A DNA stretch of 24,277 nucleotides. Origin: Verrucomicrobiales bacterium (GTDB lineage: Bacteria > Verrucomicrobiota > Verrucomicrobiia > Verrucomicrobiales > V1-33). A program made the position numbers and the translations under genes. Of this stretch, positions 1-9,453 are shown piece after piece. The DNA lies in assembly GCA_031411295.1 (NCBI GenBank), contig JANOAV010000166.1, positions 1 through 24,277 of the forward strand, given 5' to 3'. Numbering within the stretch: position 1 is the first letter of the stretch; the number at the start of each line of letters is the position of its first letter. A model generated the notes under the pieces. That model had not been told where the DNA came from, did not search any database, and saw only the letters and a list, made by a program, of their open reading frames with translations.

Positions 1-660
1 AATGCGGGGTGGGCGGCGGCGGGTTTCACCAATAACACGACGGCGGTGCCTCCCGGGCATGATGACAGGCTGGCGCTGCTGGCTGCGATGCGGGCGTATC
101 TGGTGGCGCACCCAACGTATGAGACGAATTTACCGCAGCCGGATCCCGCTCCGGTGTTGGCGATTACGAATGCGGCGGCGCAGGCGCTGCATGGGCAGTT
201 TGTGACGGCTCGGGCGTTGATCAATACGACGTCGGCGGATCAGGAGTTGTGTAAGGATTTGCGGGATGCGGACTTGGAGGGGCTGTATCAAGAGGTCTCG
301 GGGAGCATCAATGAGATCCGGGGCCTGCTGGCGGCGGATGATTCGCGGTGGGAGACGTTTGGGCTGAATATTCCGGCTGATCCCACGCCGCCGGAGGTGG
401 TGACGGGGCTGTCGGTGACGCCAGCGGGGCCAGGTAAAGGGCTGGCGGCCTGGAAGCACGCGCGCAGGGCGACGGGGTATCGGGTGTTCCAAAAGGTGAT
501 CGGCGTGGACACGGAATTCCATTTCGTGGAGCGGGTGCAGGACTTGGAATTTACGCTGAAGGGGCTTACCGCTGGGCAAACGGTGGCGGTGCAGGTGGCT
601 GCGACCAATGAGGCGGGGGACGCAGGGATGTCCGCTGCGGTGGAGTGGGTGGTGGGGTAG
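1..660 (+). CDS. Fibronectin type III domain-containing protein, 5'-truncated by the window edge
   Basis: Frame +1 is open from base 1 (NAGWAAAGFTNNTTAVPPG...) to TAG at 658-660. The C-terminal ~95 aa fit an FN3 pattern: PPEVVTGLSVT...W...ATGYRVF...FTLKGLTAGQTVAVQVAATNEAG. Confidence 0.75.
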   Translation, partial: NAGWAAAGFTNNTTAVPPGHDDRLALLAAMRAYLVAHPTYETNLPQPDPAPVLAITNAAAQALHGQFVTARALINTTSADQELCKDLRDADLEGLYQEVSGSINEIRGLLAADDSRWETFGLNIPADPTPPEVVTGLSVTPAGPGKGLAAWKHARRATGYRVFQKVIGVDTEFHFVERVQDLEFTLKGLTAGQTVAVQVAATNEAGDAGMSAAVEWVVG

Positions 661-691
661 GGCGGGGGGGGAGGGCGGAGACTGGAATTTA

Positions 692-766
692 GCCACAAGA
701 AACACAAAAAGGCGAAGAACGCGGGTTCGGAGGGGCTTGTTTTGTGTTTCTTGTGTTCTTTGTGGC
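692..766. repeat. Imperfect inverted repeat built from 9-bp units (REP-like, possible terminator)
   Basis: Left arm 692-718 gccacaaga-aacacaaaa-aggcgaaga. Right arm 740-766 reverse-complements to gccacaaag-aacacaaga-aacacaaaa. It starts 31 nt after the FN3 gene stop. Confidence 0.7.
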
Positions 767-882
767 CAAGTCAGTCTGTGGAACAATCAGACCTGAAATT
801 CCGCTGACTCCGCATTTTGCAACTTGCCCCGTGCGGTGAGTGCTTTCTATTCGTATCATCCGTAGTTCCTCCTCCTCCAACG

Positions 883-1998
883 ATGAAATCCCTCTTTCTC
901 TTCAGCCTCCTGCTGGCCACGGCAACTGCGGCTCCGATTGATTACAATGCGCCGCCGCACAACTACCTGCAGCGCACGCCGCAGGATCGGTTCACCAAGG
1001 CGATGGCGGCAGATGCCGCGCTGGATCTTACGGGTGAACTGCCGCTGCTCAAGAGTTTGCTCAAGAAACTGGACATCCCCGTGTCCACCCAATTGATGCT
1101 CTTCAGTGCCACGAGTCTGCAAAGCGGCATCATCAACCCGCACAATCCCCGGGCGCTGTATTGGAACGGTGATACGACGGTGGGATTCGTGCCGGGAGGA
1201 CGGGTGGAAATCGCCAGCCTGGATGCGGAGGCGGGGATGGTGTTTTTCATCTCGGACACGATCCGCCCGGGTCAGTCGCCCCGCTTTGTGAGATCGGATA
1301 AATGTCTCAACTGCCATGCCGATGCTCCCAGTAATCATTTGCCAGGGCTGGTGTTGGACTCCGTGGCGGTGAATTCCTCCGGCGGGAGCCTGGCAACGTA
1401 TCGCCATGATGAAATGGGCCACACGGTGCCCTTGGAACAGCGCTTCGGTGGCTGGCATCTGACGGGCGGACATCATCTTACGAAGACCCATGCCAACCTC
1501 GTTTCCCAATTGGATGGCGACAAAATGACGACCACGCCGAATCCTCCGGGAACTTTCTGCAATCTCCAGCGTTATCCGCTGCCCACGAGCGATATCCTGC
1601 CGCACTTGGTGCATGAACACTATGTGGGCTTTATCAATCACGTCGTGACCGCGATTTATCAGGCGCGGGAGGGCAATGACGCGCAATTGGATGCGGTGGC
1701 GCAGCGGTTTGCGGATTACATTCTCTTTAAGCAGGAAGCGAAACTTCCTGCGAACGGGATCATCGGGGATCCTGGGTTCATCCGCGATTTTCAATCGCCC
1801 CCGAACGTGCTGCGGGAGTTCGATTTGAAGACGCGCATCTTCAAATTTCCCTGTAGCTATCTGCTGCTAACGCCTACCTGGCAGGCGGTGCCCCCGCCGA
1901 TTCGGCAGCGGGTGTATGCCTTGGTAAAACCGGTGGTGTCACCCTCGGCAGCGGTGGTAAGCGCACTGCAAAAGGCGCTCCCAGACTGGCCGAAGTGA
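883..1998 (+). CDS. Secreted protein with one CxxCH motif (putative c-type cytochrome, unknown function)
   Basis: ATG at 883 gives a signal peptide (MKSLFLFSLLLATATA-AP). CLNCH is encoded at 1303-1317. 371 aa. The track start at 817 is probably too early. Confidence 0.7.
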   Translation: MKSLFLFSLLLATATAAPIDYNAPPHNYLQRTPQDRFTKAMAADAALDLTGELPLLKSLLKKLDIPVSTQLMLFSATSLQSGIINPHNPRALYWNGDTTVGFVPGGRVEIASLDAEAGMVFFISDTIRPGQSPRFVRSDKCLNCHADAPSNHLPGLVLDSVAVNSSGGSLATYRHDEMGHTVPLEQRFGGWHLTGGHHLTKTHANLVSQLDGDKMTTTPNPPGTFCNLQRYPLPTSDILPHLVHEHYVGFINHVVTAIYQAREGNDAQLDAVAQRFADYILFKQEAKLPANGIIGDPGFIRDFQSPPNVLREFDLKTRIFKFPCSYLLLTPTWQAVPPPIRQRVYALVKPVVSPSAAVVSALQKALPDWPK

Positions 1999-2011
1999 CG
2001 TTTGGGCCAGC

Positions 2012-2419
2012 CTACTGATACTCGAAAGTAATGGCCTGAACCATTTCCGGATGCAGGCTTTGGTGGACCGGACAGGCATGAGCCGTGGCTTCGAGCAAGG
2101 CGCGGTCCGGATGATCCGCCGGAAGCGGCATTTGGATGAGCACGTCCAGTTGCGCAATCCGGCGGGGAGGCGTGGCGCTCATGGTTTTGCCAACGGAAAT
2201 TTTCATGCCTTCCAAGAGAATGCCCTTCCGCTCGGCCACGATGCCCATGACGGTGGCCATGCAACTGCCCAGAGCGGCCGCAACCAAGTCGGTGGGCGAG
2301 AAGGCTTCCCCCCGGCCGTGATTGTCCACGGGGGCGTCGGTCATGATCTGAGCGCCAGAAGGACCATGCACAGCACTGGTGCGCAGGCCGCCATCGTAAG
2401 TGAGATTGATTTGAACCAT
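2012..2419 (-). CDS. OsmC/Ohr family protein (YhfA-like)
   Basis: 135 aa with family motifs TDAPVDNHGRGEAFSPTDLVAAALGSC and ACPVHQSL (two conserved Cys). Confidence 0.9.
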   Translation of the reverse strand: MVQINLTYDGGLRTSAVHGPSGAQIMTDAPVDNHGRGEAFSPTDLVAAALGSCMATVMGIVAERKGILLEGMKISVGKTMSATPPRRIAQLDVLIQMPLPADHPDRALLEATAHACPVHQSLHPEMVQAITFEYQ

Positions 2420-2541
2420 AGGGAAGAAACCTATCGGGCGAAAGGTCGCCTGTGCAACGCGAAAAATTACCTCACGAAGGGACTTGTCTAACCTAGAAAG
2501 CCCTGCTAATTTCCAACCAAATCGGACTTACTTCAGCACTT

Positions 2542-3390
2542 ATGAAAATCCCGCTCATCCTCGCCACGCTCCTTGGGGTATCAATGGTTGCCTTAACCGG
2601 GGCGGCAGAACCGGATTACGCATACAAAGCGAAGCCACCTTTTACCCTGACTACCCTGAGCGGCAAAATCTATGAGAAGGTCCGCGTGGTGGCCGTGGAA
2701 CCGGACGGAATCCGCATTCTCCATGCTGATGGCGCGGCCAAAGTCCCGTTGACGGAGTTGCCCAGTGCCATCCGTCAGGAGCAAGGCTATGATGCCACCA
2801 GCCAGGCTGCGGCGGTAAAGGCCGTGGCGGAGGGGCAGTCCAAGCAGAAGGTGGAAAATGCGGTCATCGAGTTCACGCAACTCCATGCCAATGTCCTCTC
2901 GGCCATGCAGCGGGACGATTTCGACTACGCGCAACTCGACAGTGCGTTGATTCGCGCGATCAGCCAATATCGGGGAGAAGGGAAAACCGACTGGGTGGCC
3001 ACGTTGGAATCGGATCGGACCATGTTACGCTCCCGAGTAGAGACGCGCTCCACCATGAAACTGGCGCGGGAGCAACAGGAATTGGAGCTCGAGCGGGCCC
3101 GGTTGCAACAATTACAAGCCGACGCGGCCGCCAAGTCGGCTCAGAAGCCGCTCGCCACCAGTGGCCTGTCCAATTATGGGCCGAATCCGCTGGCGCAGTC
3201 GTATTATTATTACAACCCGCAACGGCTTTACATTTACCGTCCTTCCTCATCCTATTACTCGCCACGGCGGACGCGCGATCCTTATTTCGGCTCCGACAAA
3301 AATGGCACTGGAGCCGGTGGCTATGTCCCGCGCGACATGCAGGGTGGATTGGACGGAAGTGGTGGCTACACCCCGCCTAATCTGAGGTAA
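2542..3390 (+). CDS. Secreted hypothetical protein, paralog 1 of a tandem pair
   Basis: Signal peptide; N-terminal domain TLTTLSGKIYEKVRVVAVEPDGIRILHADGAAKVPLTELP; helical/coiled-coil middle; Tyr-rich linker; C-terminal tail shared with 3459-4346. Confidence 0.85.
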   Translation: MKIPLILATLLGVSMVALTGAAEPDYAYKAKPPFTLTTLSGKIYEKVRVVAVEPDGIRILHADGAAKVPLTELPSAIRQEQGYDATSQAAAVKAVAEGQSKQKVENAVIEFTQLHANVLSAMQRDDFDYAQLDSALIRAISQYRGEGKTDWVATLESDRTMLRSRVETRSTMKLAREQQELELERARLQQLQADAAAKSAQKPLATSGLSNYGPNPLAQSYYYYNPQRLYIYRPSSSYYSPRRTRDPYFGSDKNGTGAGGYVPRDMQGGLDGSGGYTPPNLR

Positions 3391-3458
3391 ATGAGCTTGC
3401 CGGAAAATTATTTTTCATTTAGCGTGAATAATCCTTAACCTCACCACGTCCCACGGAT

Positions 3459-4346
3459 ATGAAACTCCTCCTTCCTCTACTCACGGTCGGTTCCATTGCT
3501 GTCGCCCCTTTTGCCCAAGCGGCGGAAAAGAGCGCTGACGCCTTGATTACTCTGACCACCAAGAGCGGGCGGACCTATGAGAAATCCCGCGTGACCGCCA
3601 CCGATCCAGATGGGATCCGCATCATTCATGCCGATGGGGCCGCCAAGATCCCTTTCTCCGAACTCACTCAGGCGCAACGCGAGGAGTATGGCTATGATGC
3701 TGACAAGGCTGACGCCTACAAGAAGGAGCAGGATAAGAAAGCCAGTGCAGATCTCGCCAATGAAGTGCGCCTCCAAAAAATTCAAATGGCGGAAGAGGAA
3801 GCCGCTTATTTCCGGGCGCTGCATCTGAACATCTTGAGTTCCATTCAGAGCATGGACTACAACTTCCCAAAACTTGATGCGCTGATTCTCGAAGCAATCG
3901 AGAAATTCCGCACCGCAGGCAAGAAGGATTGGGTCAAAATTTTGGAGGAAGACCGGGATACCCTGAAGCAACGCGAGCTGCAGCGTCCTGCGATCGAGGC
4001 GGCACAGAAGTCCAAGCAACTGGAAGCCCAGAATCAGAAGTTGCAGCAACAGATTGATCAACTGCGCAGCCAGCAGCAAGCCTCGGAGAATACCCGGAGG
4101 GTGTCCTACTATGCGGATCCCTTCTCCACTTCCTATTATTACAATCAGCCGGTTTATGTCCAGCCACAACCGATTGTGATCCAGCCCCCGGTGTGTCCGA
4201 CCCCGCCAATCGTGTCTCCCAGACCGCCGATCCGCCCCGTGCCTCTGCCCGGCAATGGCACCGGGTCAGGAGGCTATGTCCCGCCCAGCCTGCAGGGAGG
4301 ACTGGATGGGAGCGGCGGTTATACGCCCCCAAATCTGCGGCGGTAA
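3459..4346 (+). CDS. Secreted hypothetical protein, paralog 2 of a tandem pair
   Basis: Signal peptide (…PFAQA); N-terminal domain TLTTKSGRTYEKSRVTATDPDGIRIIHADGAAKIPFSELT; Gln-rich coiled coil; Pro-rich linker; same tail as paralog 1. Confidence 0.85.
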   Translation: MKLLLPLLTVGSIAVAPFAQAAEKSADALITLTTKSGRTYEKSRVTATDPDGIRIIHADGAAKIPFSELTQAQREEYGYDADKADAYKKEQDKKASADLANEVRLQKIQMAEEEAAYFRALHLNILSSIQSMDYNFPKLDALILEAIEKFRTAGKKDWVKILEEDRDTLKQRELQRPAIEAAQKSKQLEAQNQKLQQQIDQLRSQQQASENTRRVSYYADPFSTSYYYNQPVYVQPQPIVIQPPVCPTPPIVSPRPPIRPVPLPGNGTGSGGYVPPSLQGGLDGSGGYTPPNLRR

Positions 4347-4446
4347 ACCACGACTCCAGGGGACGAGGGACCATCAATGCGGAGTGGCAGTTGGTTGACT
4401 CTGTGCCGTCCTAGCTGGGATGATGGAGTGAATTACCCTTCCGCAA

Positions 4447-5199
4447 ATGAAACGTCTCCTCCTCATCCTCCCACTCCTGCTCTTCACCAGCTTCACTGCC
4501 TTAACTGCGCAGGAGGCCAAGAAAGAAACCTTTACCCCTGCCGCCGACAAGGCGGGAGTGTGGACCTTCACCCCCGATCCGAAATTGCCCAACGTGCTCC
4601 TGCTGGGAGACAGCATTTCCATTGGCTATACCCGGGATGTCCGCCGGGAACTGGCTGGCAAGGCCAATGTCTTTCGTCCCCTGAATGCCAAGGAGACCGG
4701 ACCGGACAACTGTGGCGATACCGAGATGGGCGTTGCTGGAATTGACAAATGGCTGGGTGACCGGAAGTGGAGTGTGATCCATTTCAACTGGGGGCTCTGG
4801 GACCTGTGCTATCGCACCCCCGGCAAGGCCAAGAGCGGAAATCGCGACAAGGTGAATGGCAAAATTTCCCTCACCACGGAAGCCTATGCCGAGAATTTGG
4901 AAAAGCTCGTCAAACGCCTCGAAGCCACCGGAGCCAAACTCATCTGGGCGAACACCAGCAACGTGCCGGAAGGTGAATCTGGGCGTAAGGCGGGAGATGA
5001 AGTCCGTTATAACGCCGTCGCCCGCAAAATCATGGAGCAGCATCACATCCCCGTGGACGATCTCTATACCCTAACTCACGGATGGAATGGCAAATACAGC
5101 GTGAAAGCCGGAGATGTGCATTATACTGCCGAAGGCAGCAAATTATTGGGCACGCAAGTCGCGAAAACGATTCTGCCTTTCTTGCAATCACCGGAATGA
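4447..5199 (+). CDS. Secreted SGNH/GDSL hydrolase family protein
   Basis: Signal peptide; block I LLLGDSIS, block III HFNWGLWD, block V GDVHY. Confidence 0.9.
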   Translation: MKRLLLILPLLLFTSFTALTAQEAKKETFTPAADKAGVWTFTPDPKLPNVLLLGDSISIGYTRDVRRELAGKANVFRPLNAKETGPDNCGDTEMGVAGIDKWLGDRKWSVIHFNWGLWDLCYRTPGKAKSGNRDKVNGKISLTTEAYAENLEKLVKRLEATGAKLIWANTSNVPEGESGRKAGDEVRYNAVARKIMEQHHIPVDDLYTLTHGWNGKYSVKAGDVHYTAEGSKLLGTQVAKTILPFLQSPE

Positions 5200-5281
5200 C
5201 CAGGCAGGGTGTTGAGGTAAGTAAGCTTGGGCGCGAGGAATTATACTGGTCCTACCGCGAAACCTTGACTAGATTCGGCAG

Positions 5282-6889
5282 ATGAAATTAAACCATCTTA
5301 CCATCCCATTGCTTGGTCTGCTGCTAGCCGGACTTGGCTATGGTGTGGGGCGCTGGCACCAGACGACGCTAACCATAGATTCTTCTGCGGCTCGGCCATC
5401 ATCTGGGACGCAAGCTTCCGCCCTTCTGAAGGATCAGAAGCCAGAGGTAAAACCGCTGGATCAAGCGCCAGAGGCAAAGGTAGCGGATTTATTAACCAAA
5501 GGAAAGACCGGCAGCGAATTGGCAGATGGCATCGCTGCTTGGGCCGATGCAGATGGACTGGCAACCTTCGAGGCCTTTCTGGCGGATCCCAGGCTCCAGA
5601 CGGCGGACATTGCGCGTCGCTTGTTCGCCAGTCTCGCGCGCAAGGATCCTGCGGGCGCGATGGAACTGCTCCAGCGCCTTCCGCGGAAACCTTGGAGCGC
5701 AGAGGCCTACAAGGCCGTGGCCACCGCATGGGCAGAAAAGGATCCTGCGGCGGCCCTGAAAGCAGGCCTGACTCTGGAGCAAGGTTCCCGACGTAGAGAT
5801 TTCATTTCCGCTGCCTACCATGGCTGGCTCAAAGGTGATATTCTCGCAGCCGCCGACTGGCTTAAAAATTTACCCGAGGGCGAAAATCCCCGCAGCATTA
5901 TCGGCAAAGAGCACCTGTTCATGGGCGGCATGACCGGAGACAACGCGGCCGAATGCATGACCGCCCTGTTGCAGGTGCACCGGCTGGCGGGCGAAGATCA
6001 GAACACTTGGCTGTGGCACGATTTCTCCCATTGGAGTTCGCGTGATCCGCAGACCGCCATTGCCTGGGCCATGCAGTTGCCGGAGGACGCCCCCAAGCGT
6101 AAAGACATCATGAACACCGCCTTCGAGCGACTGGCCAATGATCCAGCCAAAGCGTGCGCCTTGCTGACAACCCTAACCAACGAAAAGGACCGGGAGACGC
6201 TGGCTGGCAAGACGGCCGAGACCTGGGGCAGGAGCGATCCTCAGGCCGCATGGGCTTGGGCGCAGACCCTAGCTGGAGGGATGAAGGACAAGGCACTGGA
6301 ACAGGTGAGTAGGAGTTGGGTGCAAACTGATCCAGAAACTGCCGTCGCCTATCTGCAAAAACACAACCCGACCCAAATGGCCACGTGGGGGAGCGCGGCC
6401 GCTCAGGCTTGGGGAGCCAGCGCCCCGGAACAGGCATTGAGTTGGTTGAAAACGGTGCCGCAGGAACTGAAGGAGGATTTCACCTCCCAAGCCCTGCAAG
6501 GGATGAGTCGCGAGGATCCCGCCAAGGCACTGGATAATCTGTCGCTGCTAACGAATGAGAGCCAGCGGATGAATCTTCTAGAAACCTCCGTCCGCCAACT
6601 CGCCAAGGACGATGTTACCCAAGCCTCCACGCGCGTGAGTCAGATGGCCTCTGGCCCGGAGCGGGACAGTGCCATCCGCGGGCTGCTGGATCCAGCCTAC
6701 GAAGTTGAGCCGGACAGTGCCCTGGTCTGGGCTAATTCCATGCACAACGATTCCGATCGCCAAAGCCGCACCCGCAATCTGTTTCAGCGCTGGCACCAGA
6801 GCGATGCTCCTGCCGCGGAAGCCTGGCTCCAGCGCACTAATATGGAGGACAAAATGCGCGAATCCCTGAATGCCTCCATTAAAAAATAG
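5282..6889 (+). CDS. Membrane-anchored alpha-helical repeat (HEAT-like) protein
   Basis: N-terminal hydrophobic anchor (IPLLGLLLAGLGYGVG) followed by about 13 copies of a Wxx(x)DPxxAxxW-like motif, e.g. WAEKDPAAA, WSSRDPQTAIAW, WGRSDPQAAWAW, WVQTDPETA. Confidence 0.8.
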   Translation: MKLNHLTIPLLGLLLAGLGYGVGRWHQTTLTIDSSAARPSSGTQASALLKDQKPEVKPLDQAPEAKVADLLTKGKTGSELADGIAAWADADGLATFEAFLADPRLQTADIARRLFASLARKDPAGAMELLQRLPRKPWSAEAYKAVATAWAEKDPAAALKAGLTLEQGSRRRDFISAAYHGWLKGDILAAADWLKNLPEGENPRSIIGKEHLFMGGMTGDNAAECMTALLQVHRLAGEDQNTWLWHDFSHWSSRDPQTAIAWAMQLPEDAPKRKDIMNTAFERLANDPAKACALLTTLTNEKDRETLAGKTAETWGRSDPQAAWAWAQTLAGGMKDKALEQVSRSWVQTDPETAVAYLQKHNPTQMATWGSAAAQAWGASAPEQALSWLKTVPQELKEDFTSQALQGMSREDPAKALDNLSLLTNESQRMNLLETSVRQLAKDDVTQASTRVSQMASGPERDSAIRGLLDPAYEVEPDSALVWANSMHNDSDRQSRTRNLFQRWHQSDAPAAEAWLQRTNMEDKMRESLNASIKK

Positions 6890-7029
6890 CCATTCAAACC
6901 ACCCCCTACTTCTCAGGTGATTGATTTTCATATTTCCGCAATCCCCGGCTTGCGGGATGGGGATTTTCATGGTTACAGACCACTTTCCTCGACTCGTTCC
7001 GATTCATTTTACCCCATCTTCCCGATCAC

Positions 7030-8046
7030 ATGCGTATAGCCTTGGATGTTATGGGGGGCGACTTCGCTCCCGCACAAAACATCGGCGGAGCCAAACTGGC
7101 TCTGGCGCAGTATCCGCATATCAAAACGCTCTACCTCGTGGGGCAACAACTGGAAGTGCGCAACGAGATGGCCAAACAAGGGCTCACCGACTCCCGCTGC
7201 GAAATCGTGGACGCCCCGGATGTCGTGTTGATGACCGATTCCGCCGTGAAATCCGTGCGACAGAAGAAGAATTCCTCCATTAATGTTGCTGTGGAATTAG
7301 TGAAGCGCGGAGATGCAGATGCCGTGGTGAGCGCAGGCCACACCGGAGCCGCAGTGGCTTCCAGCATGCTGAAGTTGCGCACCCTGGAAGGAGTGGAACG
7401 TGCCGGCATCGCCTGCCCCATGCCCAATATTGCTCATGGCACCTGCCATCTCCTGGATGCAGGGGCTAACGTGGATTCCCGCCCCGTGCATTTATTCCAC
7501 TATGCCATCATGGGCAGTATTTACCGGAAATACATCATGGGCGTGGAGCATCCTATCGTGGGCCTCCTGTCCAACGGGGAAGAGGAAGGGAAGGGCAATG
7601 AACTCACCAAGGAGGTCACGGAACTCCTCCGCGGTAGTCGGCTGAATTTTAAAGGGAATGTGGAAGGACGGGATGTCTTCCTCAGCCCCGTGGACGTCGC
7701 TATTTGCGACGGCTTTGTAGGGAACGTTTTCTTGAAAGGCGCAGAGGGATTATCCAAGGCCATGTTCACTCTCATCAAACAGGAAGTCTCCGCCAGCGCC
7801 CGTTACAAGCTGGGAGGATTACTGGTGAAGCCTGCCATCAAGCGCGTGCAGGCTCGGGGCAGTTACGAAGAAGTCGGTGGCAGTCCTTTGTTAGGGGTAA
7901 ATGGCATCACCATCATCGCCCACGGCTCCAGTTCCCCGCTTGCCATTAAGAACGCCATCCGCGTCGCCACCGAAGCCATCACGCATCGGATCAATCAGCG
8001 CATTCAGGAAGAAATCGCCCGCTATCTACCGGTCGGGACCTCATAG
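7030..8046 (+). CDS. plsX: Phosphate acyltransferase PlsX
   Basis: MRIALDVMGGDFAP, SAGHTGA, LDAGANVD, GLLSNGEEEGKGN, CDGFVGNVFLK, GGSPLLGVNGITIIAHGSS; 338 aa. Confidence 0.97.
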   Translation: MRIALDVMGGDFAPAQNIGGAKLALAQYPHIKTLYLVGQQLEVRNEMAKQGLTDSRCEIVDAPDVVLMTDSAVKSVRQKKNSSINVAVELVKRGDADAVVSAGHTGAAVASSMLKLRTLEGVERAGIACPMPNIAHGTCHLLDAGANVDSRPVHLFHYAIMGSIYRKYIMGVEHPIVGLLSNGEEEGKGNELTKEVTELLRGSRLNFKGNVEGRDVFLSPVDVAICDGFVGNVFLKGAEGLSKAMFTLIKQEVSASARYKLGGLLVKPAIKRVQARGSYEEVGGSPLLGVNGITIIAHGSSSPLAIKNAIRVATEAITHRINQRIQEEIARYLPVGTS

Positions 8047-8075
8047 TGTTGCCGCGCCTGAATGAAGGCATTCAA

Positions 8076-8450
8076 TCACGGCCAATGGCCAGCTTGGATC
8101 CGGTAGCTCCCAAACCAAGCGGCCAGCGTCACCAGCGAAAAGATCGGCAGCCCACAGATCATCAACCGAAAATCCGCCCGGGTGGCCTTGGCGCCACGGC
8201 GGAGCCCGATATACAGCACAAAGAGCCAGAACAGAACCGTGGCCGCAATCAGCGCATGGCCCATCATGTCACCGCACGGATAACATCCAGGAACAAATCC
8301 CACGTAGAGAAAGGTCCACAACACTTGAAAAGCCAAACCACGATAGCAACTTTCTTTAAATGCGGCCCAACCGGTTCGTGCTGGTGGAGCCATTGAGGCC
8401 GCAGGTGGCCCAGTGTCCACGGGTTGATTTGGAGGTTGATACGGGTTCAT
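8076..8450 (-). CDS. Small hypothetical membrane protein
   Basis: Likely start MNPYQPP at ATG 8450 (alternative 8477). About three hydrophobic segments. Convergent with plsX. Confidence 0.65.
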   Translation of the reverse strand: MNPYQPPNQPVDTGPPAASMAPPARTGWAAFKESCYRGLAFQVLWTFLYVGFVPGCYPCGDMMGHALIAATVLFWLFVLYIGLRRGAKATRADFRLMICGLPIFSLVTLAAWFGSYRIQAGHWP

Positions 8451-8543
8451 TGGTTGGCCGGGCAGATTCCCAGACATAGCCTGTTTCCTGGCCGGAAGGA
8501 AGCAATTTTACTGCGCCAAATGCAGGTCAGCATTTGGTGCAGC

Positions 8544-9410
8544 CTACGTCCGCCGACCCAACGCCACGAAGGTCACGACCACCGCACAACACAGCACGGC
8601 CATCCAACTCCACGCTTCCCCCAGCAAAAGCACCGCCCAGAGCAGCGTCAGGAATGGCTGAATTAACTGCACTTGTCCCACGCGGGCAATGCCTCCCAAC
8701 GCCAGTCCGCGATACCAACAAATCATGCCGAGAAACATGCTAAAAAGACAGGTGAACGCAAAGCCCAACCAGGCTCCTGGAGGAATCGATTCCGGTAGGG
8801 CCGGAGCATTCCGCCAAACCGGCCACCACAGCAATGGAGCGGCCAGCACCAGCGACCAGCACATCGTCTGCCAACCGCCCAAAGAGCGCGCTACGATGCC
8901 GCCCTCTGCATACCCGACTGCAGCGCACGCCATGGCTGCCAAAAGCAGCCAATCGCCTGACTGGAGGGTTCCCTCAGCGACGTAGAGCGCATAAGCTACC
9001 ACCGTCAGACTGCCACCCAAAGCGCAGAGCCAAAATTTCAGCGACGGTCGTTCATGCGTGCGAAAGCGCGCGACCAATGCTGTCGCCAGTGGCAGCAGTC
9101 CAGTGAGCACGGCCCCATGGGAGGAGGGCACGGTCTGCAACGCCTGCGAAGTCAGCCAGGGAAAACCCACAATGCACCCTAACGCAACACCAGTCAGTCC
9201 CAGCAAATGCTTGCGATCAGGAAATTTCGATTTTGTGATCAACAAAGTGGCCACAGCCACCACCGCCGCCACCACCGCGCGTCCCAGTCCGACAAACACA
9301 GGCGACAACCCACCCACCACTGCGACACGAGTAGCCGGAAGCGTGAAACTGAACGTCACCACTCCCAAGAGTCCAAACCACAGCCCTGCTTTAGAACGAG
9401 AATCTATCAT
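8544..9410 (-). CDS. DMT/EamA family transporter
   Basis: About 10 TM segments in two EamA repeats; motifs FSFTLPATRVAV, TGLLPLATA, WYRGLALGGIARVGQVQLIQPFLTL. Start chosen at ATG 9410 (MIDSRSK, 288 aa); in-frame alternatives at 9455 and 9473. Confidence 0.9.
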   Translation of the reverse strand: MIDSRSKAGLWFGLLGVVTFSFTLPATRVAVVGGLSPVFVGLGRAVVAAVVAVATLLITKSKFPDRKHLLGLTGVALGCIVGFPWLTSQALQTVPSSHGAVLTGLLPLATALVARFRTHERPSLKFWLCALGGSLTVVAYALYVAEGTLQSGDWLLLAAMACAAVGYAEGGIVARSLGGWQTMCWSLVLAAPLLWWPVWRNAPALPESIPPGAWLGFAFTCLFSMFLGMICWYRGLALGGIARVGQVQLIQPFLTLLWAVLLLGEAWSWMAVLCCAVVVTFVALGRRT

Positions 9411-9453
9411 TGGTCCAGGCTCAGCAGTGAACGAAGGATGAGCAACTGGTTTC
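9347..9453 (+). repeat. 107-bp direct repeat, copy 1 (EamA first 21 codons plus upstream region)
   Basis: Ungapped alignment to 15892-15998 with 8 mismatches in 107 nt (manual count). Confidence 0.95.

Noticed and set aside
856..1794. 312-aa minus-strand ORF
   Set aside because: Antisense shadow of the CxxCH gene; Arg/His-rich with no motifs, as expected in GC-rich DNA.
3301..3387. GxGGYxP tail as a lasso-peptide or other RiPP core
   Set aside because: No RiPP maturation genes nearby, and the tail sits on a ~280-aa Sec-exported protein.
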